Positions 8,679 to 18,240 of a stretch of DNA of 41,455 bases are shown here, piece after piece (positions within the stretch are counted from its first letter, which is position 1; every line of letters begins with the position of its first letter). The position numbers and the translations under genes are program-made. The DNA is from Bifidobacterium breve. GTDB lineage: Bacteria > Actinomycetota > Thermoleophilia > Gaiellales > F1-60-MAGs149. The notes under the pieces were generated by a model. The model was not told the origin of the DNA. It searched no databases and saw only the letters and a program-made list of their open reading frames with translations. Location: positions 1-41,455 of the forward strand of contig CAMAWJ010000003.1 in assembly GCA_945861955.1 (NCBI GenBank), read 5' to 3'.

Positions 8679-9316
8679 GTGGTCTCCGTGGCCCCCACTC
8701 GCACCGGTTTCGGCGCGGCGTGGACCGCTCGTCGGGTAATGCCAGCCACAGCGAATGCGTCGGGCGCGCAGCTCGCAAGCGCGCGCCCAACCCCACTGGG
8801 CTTGGCAGAGCCATCGTCATCGATGGCGATCTGAACGATCGCCGCCTCGCCATCGAGCCGAGGCTCGGGTGCGTAGCGGTGAACATCAACAGCGCGGTGC
8901 TGCATAGGGCTGCACTGCGGTATCCGTAACTCCGAGGCCGCACGATGGGCGGCAACGGCCTGGGCGAGTGTTTCGCCCGGCGCATCGAACACGATGCGAT
9001 AGGTCGCACCCGTGACGGCGGTCGGAGGACCGGCGAGACAGGCTTCGAGCGGGACGACTCCACGCGGACAGTTCGCGGCGAATCGGACAACGAGGTCGTC
9101 GAGGTCGTGGCTGTCACCAACGAGCTCGACCGTGCAGCGCTCATCCTCCGCATCGCGCGTGGGCGCGAGGCGGATGACAGGTCGGGGTCGCATGCCGTTT
9201 GAGAGCGCTATCTGATACCCCGCTCGCCGCAACGCAGCCAGCAGGAGTTCAACCAGCTCGAGCTGGCTGAGGTACCGCGCACGGTCCCGGATGGCGAGGC
9301 GAAGCTCGATCCTCAC
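8675..9316 (-). CDS. TIGR03936/DUF2344 radical SAM-linked protein, divergent
   Basis: RARYLSQLEL..LLLAALRRAG...SNGMRPRPVI resembles the family N-terminus; canonical position upstream of rne. GTG start estimated at 9316 or 9325. Confidence 0.7.
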   Translation of the reverse strand: MRIELRLAIRDRARYLSQLELVELLLAALRRAGYQIALSNGMRPRPVIRLAPTRDAEDERCTVELVGDSHDLDDLVVRFAANCPRGVVPLEACLAGPPTAVTGATYRIVFDAPGETLAQAVAAHRAASELRIPQCSPMQHRAVDVHRYAPEPRLDGEAAIVQIAIDDDGSAKPSGVGRALASCAPDAFAVAGITRRAVHAAPKPVRVGATETT

Positions 9317-9341
9317 GGCATGCACTGCAGGATGCGTGGCA

Positions 9342-9800
9342 CTAGGCCGCCACCAACCGGTTCCGAACGGGGCCGACATGGGCGCTGCATTCGCTGCAGC
9401 CATCCCCTCGACAATCCCCGGTCGGCCGTTCGGCGCGACGCTGCCACCACTCATCCAGCAGGAACTCCTTGGTCACACCGCTGCGCACGTGATCGCACGC
9501 CAGCGGGTCGAGAGGGTCGCGCTCTTGCGTCGCCTCCACCTCGAGGTCGCGTCCGGCAGCGCTCAACGCCGTCCTGTACGCGTCCTCGCGGTGGTGCTCC
9601 GTCCAGGCGTCGAAGCATGCACCTGCACGCCACGCGGCCTCGAGCACGTCCCCCGTGATTGGATCTACCCGGCCGATCGCACCTTCGAGCATGCTGGTGC
9701 GTAGATCGTGCCGGGACAACGTTAGTTCAGGCCCGTTGAGCTGACGCCGCAGGGAGCCCTGCTTGACGCGCATCTGCTGTTGAAAAACGGGCTGAGCCAC
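9342..9800 (-). pseudogene. C-terminal fragment of a TIGR03960-family B12-binding radical SAM protein
   Basis: SMLEG...AWRAGACFDAWTEH...DHVRSGVTKEFLLDEW...DCRGDGCSEC matches the family C-terminus. No CxxxCxxC and no B12 domain; only 34 nt separate it from rodA. Confidence 0.7.
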
Positions 9801-9806
9801 CCCGTG

Positions 9807-9812
9807 AGTCTA
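9807..9812 (-). promoter_or_regulatory. Putative -10 TAGACT, 6 nt before GTG 9800 (leaderless type)
   Basis: Minus strand reads TAGACT-cacggg-GTG. Confidence 0.5.
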
Positions 9813-9834
9813 GCGAGGTGCCGCTAACCACCCG

Positions 9835-11028
9835 TCAGACAGTGTCACTCGGTACCTCAAGTGGATCGGCGAGTCGGCTCCGAGGGCGTTCCTGCCAGCC
9901 TGGCTCCAGCGCCTGCTCGCGCACGATCCGGGCACCCACCGCCAGCACCAGACCCACAGCAGTCAGGTTCGTGATCGTGTTGGAGCCCCCGTAGGTCATA
10001 AATGGCAGCGGAATACCCGTCGTCGGTGCAATCCCTAGATTCATCCCGATATTGATGGCGACCTGCGTCAACAGCAGACCGAACACGGCAGCGGCGATGA
10101 ATGACTCCTCGAGGTTGCGTGCCCGCGGGATCATCCGTCCGACCCGCCAGAAGATCAAGAGATACAGCAGCACGACCATTGCCGAGCCAACGAAGCCGCG
10201 ATTCTCTCCCACCACCGCAAAGACGAAGTCCGTGTGATGCTCTGGCAAGAAGCTACCGGCCGTCTGACTGACGCCCCCGCCACGCCCAGCCAGGCCACCC
10301 GACCCGATTGCGATCATCGATTGTTGCGCCTGGTAGGCCGCGTCGCTACCACCCTGAGGATCAAGGAAGGCCGTGATTCGCTCTGCCTGATACGGCCGCA
10401 AAAGCGGGAGTCCGATCGAGGGCAGGATGCCGAGCACGAGCACGACCAACGCGACCGCAATACCACCGAGAACAGCCACACTGCGACCCGGCAGACCCGC
10501 CACGACGAGTACCGTGAGCGTAATCGCGATGTAGACGATCGACGTGCCCAGATCTGGCTGGATAAACACCAACGCGAACGGTGGCAGCATTAGTAGCCCG
10601 GCCCGCGTCACCATGCCCCAGCCACGAATACCGCGACGAACGCAGTCCGCGATGATGATTGACAAGCAGACGATCATCGTCACCTTGCCGAGCTCGGATG
10701 GCTGCAACGTGAAGAATGGCAGCGGAATCCAACGCTGTGAGCCGCGAGCCGCCGAAAAGCCGAGCACGATGATCAGCAGCCCGATCGTGGAGCCGTAGAT
10801 GAACCAGAATAGTCGGCGATAGATGCGGGGGTCGATCACCATCGCGACCGCGGCAAAGCCCAAGCCAGCAACGATGTAGATGATGTGGCGGCGATCGAAG
10901 AAGCCTGGATCGCCGAGTAGATCGTTGACGGTTGCGGCCCGCACTGCACGTTCTCCGATCACGAGCAACAGCAAAACTGCAGCAACCAGGAGCCAGTCGA
11001 CGCGCCGCAAGAGCAAGGTCAGGGTCAT
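9835..11028 (-). CDS. rodA: Rod shape-determining protein RodA (SEDS glycosyltransferase)
   Basis: GSQRWI...LQPSELGK, QPDLGT, AIGSGG, LPEHHTDFVF, TGIPLPFMTYGGS; follows pbp2. Confidence 0.95.
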   Translation of the reverse strand: MTLTLLLRRVDWLLVAAVLLLLVIGERAVRAATVNDLLGDPGFFDRRHIIYIVAGLGFAAVAMVIDPRIYRRLFWFIYGSTIGLLIIVLGFSAARGSQRWIPLPFFTLQPSELGKVTMIVCLSIIIADCVRRGIRGWGMVTRAGLLMLPPFALVFIQPDLGTSIVYIAITLTVLVVAGLPGRSVAVLGGIAVALVVLVLGILPSIGLPLLRPYQAERITAFLDPQGGSDAAYQAQQSMIAIGSGGLAGRGGGVSQTAGSFLPEHHTDFVFAVVGENRGFVGSAMVVLLYLLIFWRVGRMIPRARNLEESFIAAAVFGLLLTQVAINIGMNLGIAPTTGIPLPFMTYGGSNTITNLTAVGLVLAVGARIVREQALEPGWQERPRSRLADPLEVPSDTV

Positions 11029-13295
11029 CCGGTCGACCCTTGCGTCGTCCGGGTCGAATCCTGTGCCTGCACCTCTTGGGCGGGATCGGTGCCGAGGGCA
11101 GGACCAAAGTAGACGCCCGCCTTCTCTGCGCTCGAGATCTGACCAATCGTAGCCTCTTGCACCCCAAAAGCCTGCGCCATCACCTGTCGCACAGCCGGTG
11201 CGGACGTCACACCACCGAAGCCACCTTGCTCGATCACGCAGACCACGACCAGCGTCGGATTCGCCGCGGGTGCGTAGCCAGCGAACCAGGCAAAGTCGCG
11301 CTTGCCAAGCTTTTCGGCTGTGCCCGTCTTACCAGCCACCAGAATCGGAAAGCCCTTGAACGCCGTGTACGCAGTGCCATCCGGATCTTGCGTGACACCT
11401 TCGAGGCCTTTACGGATCGTTGCCAACACGTAGGGATCAACAGCAACTTTTTCTCCGGGCGCCGACTCGAGCTTCTCGCGCATCGTTCCATCCTGCCCAT
11501 AAACTGACGCGCCAACGTGCGGCTGCACCAGCGTCCCACCGTTGGCAATGAGGGCGTAGAGGCGCGCAATTTGGAGCGGGGTCACCTCGAGATCGCCCTG
11601 GCCAATTGACTGCAAAATTGAATCGCCTGACGTCCAACGATTGTGGACGCGATCATCGCCAAAGCGACGCTTTTTATAGGCGGCGTCGGGCACGTTGCCA
11701 GCAGCATCGCCACCGATGTCAATGCCGGTCGAGGCACCAAAGCCAAGCCGCCGCGCCCACAGCGGCTGTGGCTCGAACTGCCCACTCTTCGGCGTCGCTT
11801 CGTACAGGCGCTTCCCGAGTTCGTAAAAATAGGTGTCGCACGAGGCAGTCATGGCCTGCACCAGATTCATCGGCTCGTTGACGCCCGATTCGAAGTTGCG
11901 ATACGTCTGACCGTCAATTGTGACGTCTGGGGTGCACTGGATGACGCTGTCGGACTTGGCGACACGTCCCTCGACAGAGGCAATTGCCGTCACAGGCTTG
12001 AAGGTCGAGCCGGCTGGGTAGAGCCCGGTCATCGCACGATCAAGCAGCGGTGAAGCGTTCGTATTGCGCGCTAGCGAGTCCCAATACTTCTGCCCCCCTG
12101 GCCCAGCCAAGATTGCCGGATCAAAGCCTGGATTCGAGACCATTGCGCGAATCGCACCGGTGCGGGGATCCATCGCAATGATCGCACCACCCTCTGCTGC
12201 TGGGTGCCCATGCGTCTTCGCATACGCGATGGCTTCGCGCAGCGCCATCTCCGCTGCTGACTGGATACCCGCGTCGATCGTCAGGCGAATGTTGTCGCCC
12301 GGGCGAGCAGCCTGCGAGCGCACAATCTCACCCACGGGATCACCAAACGCGTTGACGCGTCGCTGCAACGAGCCACTCGTGCCACGGAGGTAGCGATCAA
12401 AGTATCGTTCCACCCCACGCTGACCAACGAGATCGCCAGGCTCGGCATTGCGGTAGGTGACCTGATCCTTGATCTGTTCTGCGGAAACCTCGGCGAGTTC
12501 GCCCCAGAGGTGCGGAGCCAACGGGTACGTCTTACCCTGCGTGCCGCGAGACGTGCGATATGCGCGCGCAGTGCCCTCGACAATTCGTACTCCCGGGTAC
12601 TGGGCAGCGCGTTCCTTGAGATAGAACAGCACGTTACGGTCGACGTCTTTGGCCAGCACAATCGAATCGAAGGGTGCCCTGATCGCAGCCGTATGAATGG
12701 CATCTTCCAGCTCGACAACCGTAATTCCTGACACCTGTGCGAGCTCGGCGAGCTGCGGCCACTGCTTCGTGCAGCCGGCCCAGGCGCGCACCTGGTCTGT
12801 GCCATCGAGCTCTCTTTGGATGGCCGCAATGCGTGCCACCCGCCGCGCCTTCGAGAACTTGGCTGCCTCAATCAATGCTGCCGAAATCGCAAGTGCTCGC
12901 TCGTTACTCGTGCGACCATCGAAGGGGCCCGCAACATCGCGTCCACACAACGTGAGCAAATCGGGGAACCGCGTCGGATCGATCGCAACCGCGTTCGACG
13001 GTCGACTGCCAACCAACAGCTTGCCCTGCGCATCGAGGATCTGACCACGGGAAGCCGGTACATCGATGCTGCGCAAACCATTCGAGTTAGCCTGGGCCCG
13101 ATACGTCTGAACATCGAGGACCTGCAACGACCACAGGCGCAGAATCAGAATCACCACGATCACGATCGCAACCCCGCCGAGAATCGCGACGCGACGCGAC
13201 GCACCATCGCGATCGAACACTTCGGCGGTCGCGAGCGGCTGCTTCGGTGGCGGTGGCTGAGCGATCGTGGGCTCGTCAACCGACGGCGTACTCAT
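11025..13295 (-). CDS. mrdA: Penicillin-binding protein 2 (class B transpeptidase)
   Basis: N-terminal TM, ASRGQILD, GSTFKP (SxxK), SCDTYFY (SxD), GKTGTA; ATG at 13295 overlaps the mreD stop. Confidence 0.94.
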   Translation of the reverse strand: MSTPSVDEPTIAQPPPPKQPLATAEVFDRDGASRRVAILGGVAIVIVVILILRLWSLQVLDVQTYRAQANSNGLRSIDVPASRGQILDAQGKLLVGSRPSNAVAIDPTRFPDLLTLCGRDVAGPFDGRTSNERALAISAALIEAAKFSKARRVARIAAIQRELDGTDQVRAWAGCTKQWPQLAELAQVSGITVVELEDAIHTAAIRAPFDSIVLAKDVDRNVLFYLKERAAQYPGVRIVEGTARAYRTSRGTQGKTYPLAPHLWGELAEVSAEQIKDQVTYRNAEPGDLVGQRGVERYFDRYLRGTSGSLQRRVNAFGDPVGEIVRSQAARPGDNIRLTIDAGIQSAAEMALREAIAYAKTHGHPAAEGGAIIAMDPRTGAIRAMVSNPGFDPAILAGPGGQKYWDSLARNTNASPLLDRAMTGLYPAGSTFKPVTAIASVEGRVAKSDSVIQCTPDVTIDGQTYRNFESGVNEPMNLVQAMTASCDTYFYELGKRLYEATPKSGQFEPQPLWARRLGFGASTGIDIGGDAAGNVPDAAYKKRRFGDDRVHNRWTSGDSILQSIGQGDLEVTPLQIARLYALIANGGTLVQPHVGASVYGQDGTMREKLESAPGEKVAVDPYVLATIRKGLEGVTQDPDGTAYTAFKGFPILVAGKTGTAEKLGKRDFAWFAGYAPAANPTLVVVCVIEQGGFGGVTSAPAVRQVMAQAFGVQEATIGQISSAEKAGVYFGPALGTDPAQEVQAQDSTRTTQGSTG

Positions 13296-13885
13296 ACGGC
13301 TCCCCCAACCGGGACACCCATCAATCGCCGCAAAACTGGCAGCATGATGATGCCAACGAGAACCGTGAACATCACTCCAGCCGTACCGGCGATGGCAATC
13401 GAACGCCACGCAATCGACTCACTCTGAATGACAGTCGTTACGGCAATTTCGGCAGTCAGACAGAGGACGGCCGCAACCACCAGCACGACCACTGCCATTG
13501 CGAGCGACACGCGTCGTCGCCGTTGGGAAAAGACGCCAACTCCCCATCCAATTGGCGTCAACACCAGTGACGACATGCCGAGCGGAGCCTGCACTGCAAT
13601 GTCGATCAGAACCCCGGCCACGAACCCGACGGCAGCACCCCAGGCGGGACCAAAGCGCAACGCGAAGGCAACAAGCACGACCAGCGTGAAGTTAGGAATC
13701 GCACCCAGAACGCGCGCATCGATCGCCAAGGCAATCTGCAGATAGATCGCAACCACCAGAACAAGCAGCGGAATCACTCGTGTCGAGATCCAGTTCGGCC
13801 GGCGACGTGCGCTGTCTTTGACCACGTGGGCATCAGAAAACTGATCGTCGTCTGCGGCCTCGAACGTCGCCTCTGTCGCACTCAC
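13292..13885 (-). CDS. mreD: Rod shape-determining protein MreD
   Basis: Hydrophobic protein with GAIPNFTLV and GAAVGFVAGVLID; lies between mreC and mrdA. Confidence 0.88.
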   Translation of the reverse strand: MSATEATFEAADDDQFSDAHVVKDSARRRPNWISTRVIPLLVLVVAIYLQIALAIDARVLGAIPNFTLVVLVAFALRFGPAWGAAVGFVAGVLIDIAVQAPLGMSSLVLTPIGWGVGVFSQRRRRVSLAMAVVVLVVAAVLCLTAEIAVTTVIQSESIAWRSIAIAGTAGVMFTVLVGIIMLPVLRRLMGVPVGGAV

Positions 13886-14784
13886 GAGTCACCACCCGCA
13901 CCCGTCAAAATGACGACGTTCGCAAACGATCCGAGTTCGACCCACGGCACGACCAACACGCTCTTATAGGTGTTTGCATCGCTCTGCCGCGCCTCGCTCA
14001 CGACTCCAATCGGCAGACCACGCGGATAGGCGGATCCAAGTTTGCCCGAGGGGTCGAGGAAGCCACTGGTGATCACACGATCACCCGGTTTCACAACGCT
14101 TGAGCCCCGCACGAATCCGAGCACCAGCACGGAGGGGTCGGCTGCGCTCGGCTGCAAGATACCGTCTGCACCTCGCCGCCCCGAGACGGTCGCACCAACC
14201 GCCACGCTGGCATTCGAGAGTAGCGAAATCACGGCTGTCTCCGGCGTCGTCCGCTCGACGCGACCAATCAGTGCAGCACCACCAATGTCCGCCGACTGCG
14301 CCACACCGACCAACACGGGATCCCCGACCTTGACGCCGACAGCGTCGCCCGCGTCGACGACGACACTGCTCGACGTCAGCGATGGCGAGCGAGCAACGAC
14401 GCGTGCCGCGCGCGGCTGATAATTCTTGATCTGCGGGAAAGCCGGCGAGCGAACGTAGTCGAGTAGCCCTCGCAGCTCCTCACCATCCTGCTGGTTGACC
14501 TCTGCTTTTGCGAGGTCGGATCGCAGCACGGCATTCTCCTGTGCCAATTGGTCGCGCTCTTGCCGTGCAGTACGAACGTCGCCAAACCAGCCGATCAGAT
14601 CTCGCACCGGCTGCGTTGCGCGCTGGGCAAACTCCTGAATGGCGACCGACCGATCTGAGGATTGCGACTGCGCCGACTCGACCTGCGCCTGCGCGCGCAT
14701 CGAGAACGTGACGAGCACGATCGCAAGCACGACGAGGACAAACGGAATGATTCGGCGAGCGAGGCGGGTGCGGGCGGTGGGCAT
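13882..14784 (-). CDS. mreC: Rod shape-determining protein MreC
   Basis: N-terminal TM, coiled coil (LAQENAVLR), ARVVARSP, GDRVITSG...YPRGLPIGVV. Confidence 0.92.
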   Translation of the reverse strand: MPTARTRLARRIIPFVLVVLAIVLVTFSMRAQAQVESAQSQSSDRSVAIQEFAQRATQPVRDLIGWFGDVRTARQERDQLAQENAVLRSDLAKAEVNQQDGEELRGLLDYVRSPAFPQIKNYQPRAARVVARSPSLTSSSVVVDAGDAVGVKVGDPVLVGVAQSADIGGAALIGRVERTTPETAVISLLSNASVAVGATVSGRRGADGILQPSAADPSVLVLGFVRGSSVVKPGDRVITSGFLDPSGKLGSAYPRGLPIGVVSEARQSDANTYKSVLVVPWVELGSFANVVILTGAGGDS

Positions 14785-14901
14785 CCGGGTGGCATTCCTG
14801 TAGCTGGTGCCACGACGAGAATCTTGTCGTAGTACTGGATCAGCAGACGTAAGTGTACCGTCGTGGCGACCTGTTGACGGTGGTGCGGCTTGCTAAACCC
14901 C

Positions 14902-15228
14902 TCAGACGACGGTGCCGTCGAACGGCAAACGGGCCTCAACCCACCCCTGAAGGCCACCCGCAAGGTTGATGCAGCCACTGCGACCCTCTGCCGCGAAGGC
15001 CTCTGCTGCTGCCAGTGAACGAACGCCAACGCGACAGATAAAGACCGTGCAGTCTGCGTCGGGAAGCTCGTTCAAGCGGTTAGAAAGCTCGCTCATGGGG
15101 AGGTGAATAGAGCCGGCAATGTGCCCCGCATCCCACTCCAACTGCTCGCGCACATCCACCATCAGAGCGCCAGACTTCGCGAGCTCCGCGACTTCGACGG
15201 GTAGAGACTCTTGTACTTCGGCAGCCAT
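14902..15228 (-). CDS. Single-domain rhodanese-like sulfurtransferase
   Basis: DVREQLEWDAGHIAGS, CRVGVRS active-site loop, NLAGGLQGW. Confidence 0.9.
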   Translation of the reverse strand: MAAEVQESLPVEVAELAKSGALMVDVREQLEWDAGHIAGSIHLPMSELSNRLNELPDADCTVFICRVGVRSLAAAEAFAAEGRSGCINLAGGLQGWVEARLPFDGTVV

Positions 15229-15249
15229 TAGGATAAAGATACCAAGGCG

Positions 15250-16659
15250 CTACGCCGTTGGTGCAGACGGTTGAGCTCGCGCAAAGGCAATCGCTTCGGC
15301 CTCGTTCGAGATGGTGCCGGCTGCCTGCTCCTCCGCGATCTGTGCAAGCAGGGCTCCGATGACAGGACCCGGCTCACAGCCGAGCACCTCGGCGAGTGTA
15401 TCGCCGCGAAGCAGTGGTGCGGCGACAGGAAGAGCAAGGGCCTGCGCCATCTCGATAGCGAGCTGCTCATGACGACGGATCCAGCGCTGGCGAGCACGGG
15501 TCCCACGCGTCGACCAACGGTCTGCCAACGACACAACCACGCTCGCGATTGCCCAGGGATCGGTCGCGACGCGATAGCGGTGCACAGCACGCGCGTCCAA
15601 CACGCCATCTGGGACGAGAAAGCCAAGCCGTAAATGCTCACGCACGAGCACCGCCACACACTTTTGCATCGCGCTGCTGTACCGCAAGCGTTCGAGAATC
15701 GCAGTGGCTAACTCGGCACCTTGCTGGGCATGCCCCGGGAAGCCAATGTGGCCGCTCTCGAACTCTACTCGGGTATCGGGCTTAGCGATGTCGTGCAACA
15801 ACGCGCCCCAGCGCACGGCCAACGCAACATCGCAGTCGGCATCGAGGAGCTCCGAAAGTGCCGTCGCCACGGCCGGGGCAGCCTCGCCGAACGCGAACTC
15901 TGGTTGCTCGATCAGATCGGTCGTCGCATCGAGCACCTGCAGCGTGTGATCCAGCACATCAAGATGGTGATAACGGTTTTGCTCGACAGCGGCCAAGGCC
16001 TTGACCTCAGGCAGCACAACGCCGAGAAGTCCCAACTGATCGAGAAATCGGAGCCCATCGACGGGATCGCGCGACAGAAGAATTCGCTCGAGCTCCGCCC
16101 GCTGCCGCTCTCCCGCCGGCTCGGCCGCGAGGGCCGCGTCGCGTTGGGCAAGCGCCACGGTTTCGGGTGCAACCGCAAGGTCCAGTTCGACGGACAATCG
16201 GACGAGGCGCAGCAGACGTAACGGGTCATCACGAAACGACGAATCCGCAACGACGCGAAGGACGCGGTCCTCGAGATCGTCAAGAGCTCCTGGGACCGCT
16301 AACGTCTTGCCGTCTGCGACCCGCACTGCGATGGCGTTGATCGTGAGGTCGCGCCGCAAGAGGTCGGCCGTGATGCCATCCGGCGCACCCGTGATGTCGA
16401 CCTCGTGGTCCTCGCCAACGACACGCCACGCGCCATGTCGCTCCGAGAGGGGAAACACGGGCGCACCGACTGCCTTCGAGTAGCAGCGCGCTGTATGTTC
16501 GGCGTCACCCGTGGTGACCAGATCCCAGTCGGACAGGGGGCGATCCAGCAACACGTCGCGTACTGCGCCGCCCACGAGCCAGAGGTCACCATCGCCTGCA
16601 AATGCTTCCTGCAGCGGAATCAGGGCGCGCGCCAGCCGCGGATCAACTGCGTGAGCCAC
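15250..16659 (-). CDS. Class II tRNA nucleotidyltransferase (CCA/CC-adding family) with HD domain
   Basis: LVGGAVRD...DWD, RRDLTINA, DDPLRLLR, ER, HHLDVLDHT, LLHDIAKP; GTG at 16659 with AGGAG RBS. Confidence 0.88.
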   Translation of the reverse strand: MAHAVDPRLARALIPLQEAFAGDGDLWLVGGAVRDVLLDRPLSDWDLVTTGDAEHTARCYSKAVGAPVFPLSERHGAWRVVGEDHEVDITGAPDGITADLLRRDLTINAIAVRVADGKTLAVPGALDDLEDRVLRVVADSSFRDDPLRLLRLVRLSVELDLAVAPETVALAQRDAALAAEPAGERQRAELERILLSRDPVDGLRFLDQLGLLGVVLPEVKALAAVEQNRYHHLDVLDHTLQVLDATTDLIEQPEFAFGEAAPAVATALSELLDADCDVALAVRWGALLHDIAKPDTRVEFESGHIGFPGHAQQGAELATAILERLRYSSAMQKCVAVLVREHLRLGFLVPDGVLDARAVHRYRVATDPWAIASVVVSLADRWSTRGTRARQRWIRRHEQLAIEMAQALALPVAAPLLRGDTLAEVLGCEPGPVIGALLAQIAEEQAAGTISNEAEAIAFARAQPSAPTA

Positions 16660-17752
16660 AACCACTCCTGACTGTCGCTGCGCTCGAACGTGGCCGGACA
16701 CCACAGGTAATCTCGTACGGCACGGTGCCGACGTGGCGTGCGAGCTCTTCGGCCGAGACGACGTCATCGCCACCGACACCAAGCAGCACGACCTCGTCGC
16801 CCTCCTTTACCTCAAGCTCATCTGGCAGCACCACAGCGAGCTGATCCATCGATACGGTCGCGGCCACGCTGCAGCGCTGCCCGTGGATCAGCACCTCGCC
16901 AAGACCCGAAAGTCGGCGGGGGTAGCCATCGGCATAGCCAATCGGAACGAGGGCGACGCGACACGGCTTAGCAGCAACGAAACGGCGACCGTATCCCGTC
17001 GATTCGCCCGCTGCAAGCACGCGTAGGCTGCGGACCGTGCTGGTCCAGCGCATGACCGGCACGAGCCCATGATCTGCTCCGGAAACACCGAGCGGATCAA
17101 TCCCGTACACCGCTATTCCTGGCCGTACCGCATCGAAAGCGAGCTCGGGATAGCGGAGCGTCGCCGCGGAGTTCGAGAGATGCCGTGGACACGGTGGAAA
17201 ACCAGCGGCGATGGCACGAAAGGCCTCCGCCTGCTGATCGACAAAGTCGCGATCGGCATCATCGGCCGTGGCGAGATGACTCATCAGGCCAGCCAACCGC
17301 TCGGGACGTGGCCCACTCACGATCTGATCGGCAACCGCCAACGCCTCATCCGCGCTCAGGCCCCACCGCCCCATCCCCGTGTCGACCTTCACGTGCACAT
17401 CAACCTCGTGGCGGTCATGCAAACGATCCCAGCCCTCGAGCGTCGAGACCGTCACTGCACAGCCAACCTCGACGACCGCAGTTTCCTCTCCCTCTGTCAG
17501 CGGCGACAACACGAGCAACGGCACGGTCGGTAGCTCGACGCGCACGGCACGCGCTTCGCCAAGCGTCGCCGTGCAGAGCTTCGTGGCACCCGCGGCGATC
17601 GCAGCGTGGGCGACGTCAATCGCGCCGTGTCCATACGCATTTGCTTTGACCACCGCCCACACCTCAGCGCCACCGGCGGCATCCAACAGGCGTTGGACGT
17701 TGGCCGAAACAGCAGCCAGATCGATCTCGACGAGGCTGCGATGACGATGCAC
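16643..17752 (-). CDS. alr: Alanine racemase
   Basis: AVVKANAYGHG (PLP lysine), KVDTGMGRWG, GYG, GYADG, VSMDQ. Confidence 0.96.
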   Translation of the reverse strand: MHRHRSLVEIDLAAVSANVQRLLDAAGGAEVWAVVKANAYGHGAIDVAHAAIAAGATKLCTATLGEARAVRVELPTVPLLVLSPLTEGEETAVVEVGCAVTVSTLEGWDRLHDRHEVDVHVKVDTGMGRWGLSADEALAVADQIVSGPRPERLAGLMSHLATADDADRDFVDQQAEAFRAIAAGFPPCPRHLSNSAATLRYPELAFDAVRPGIAVYGIDPLGVSGADHGLVPVMRWTSTVRSLRVLAAGESTGYGRRFVAAKPCRVALVPIGYADGYPRRLSGLGEVLIHGQRCSVAATVSMDQLAVVLPDELEVKEGDEVVLLGVGGDDVVSAEELARHVGTVPYEITCGVRPRSSAATVRSGCGSRS

Positions 17753-17754
17753 CG

Positions 17755-18240
17755 CTATGTGACTTCCCCACCAAACTCAAAGCGATTCAGCGCGACGACG
17801 ACGTGACCACGCGTCAGCATGCCGGCGTAGACACCATGCTCGAGCACCGGTAGCTGCGAGACACCCTCCAAGGCCATGCGCTTGGCAGCCTCATGCACCG
17901 CCTCATCGGCTGTCGCGGTGATCGCGTCCGTTGTCATCAGGTCCGAGACGGTCACGGCAAACGCCTTCTCAATGTGCCGCTCCCACGAGCCGAGACTCTG
18001 CACGTAGACCATCCAATCAAGAAACGGTGCCACGTAGGGGACGTGCTCATCCGCCTCGACCTCTTGAAACAACATGTCCTGCGCAGTCACCACACCGACG
18101 ACTGCGTTGCCCGCATCGACCACGGCAACACCGTCAAGATTGTTCGTCGCCAACAGGTGCACGAGGTCCTTGATCGTCGTGTCGGGCGCAACGGTTGGTG
18201 TCGTCGGGTCCATCAATTCGCGCACAGGGCGGTCGATCAC
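17755..18240 (-). CDS. Tandem CBS-domain protein
   Basis: VRELM...VVD..VVGVVT..D and VSDLMT...LPV..GMLTR; GTGA overlap with nnr. Confidence 0.85.
   Translation of the reverse strand: MIDRPVRELMDPTTPTVAPDTTIKDLVHLLATNNLDGVAVVDAGNAVVGVVTAQDMLFQEVEADEHVPYVAPFLDWMVYVQSLGSWERHIEKAFAVTVSDLMTTDAITATADEAVHEAAKRMALEGVSQLPVLEHGVYAGMLTRGHVVVALNRFEFGGEVT

Noticed and set aside
7404-8834. Long antisense ORFs (e.g. 7404-8834, 1790-3028, 25053-26246, 37237-38514, 4143-5042)
   Set aside because: Shadow frames of well-supported genes in high-GC DNA; no recognisable motifs.
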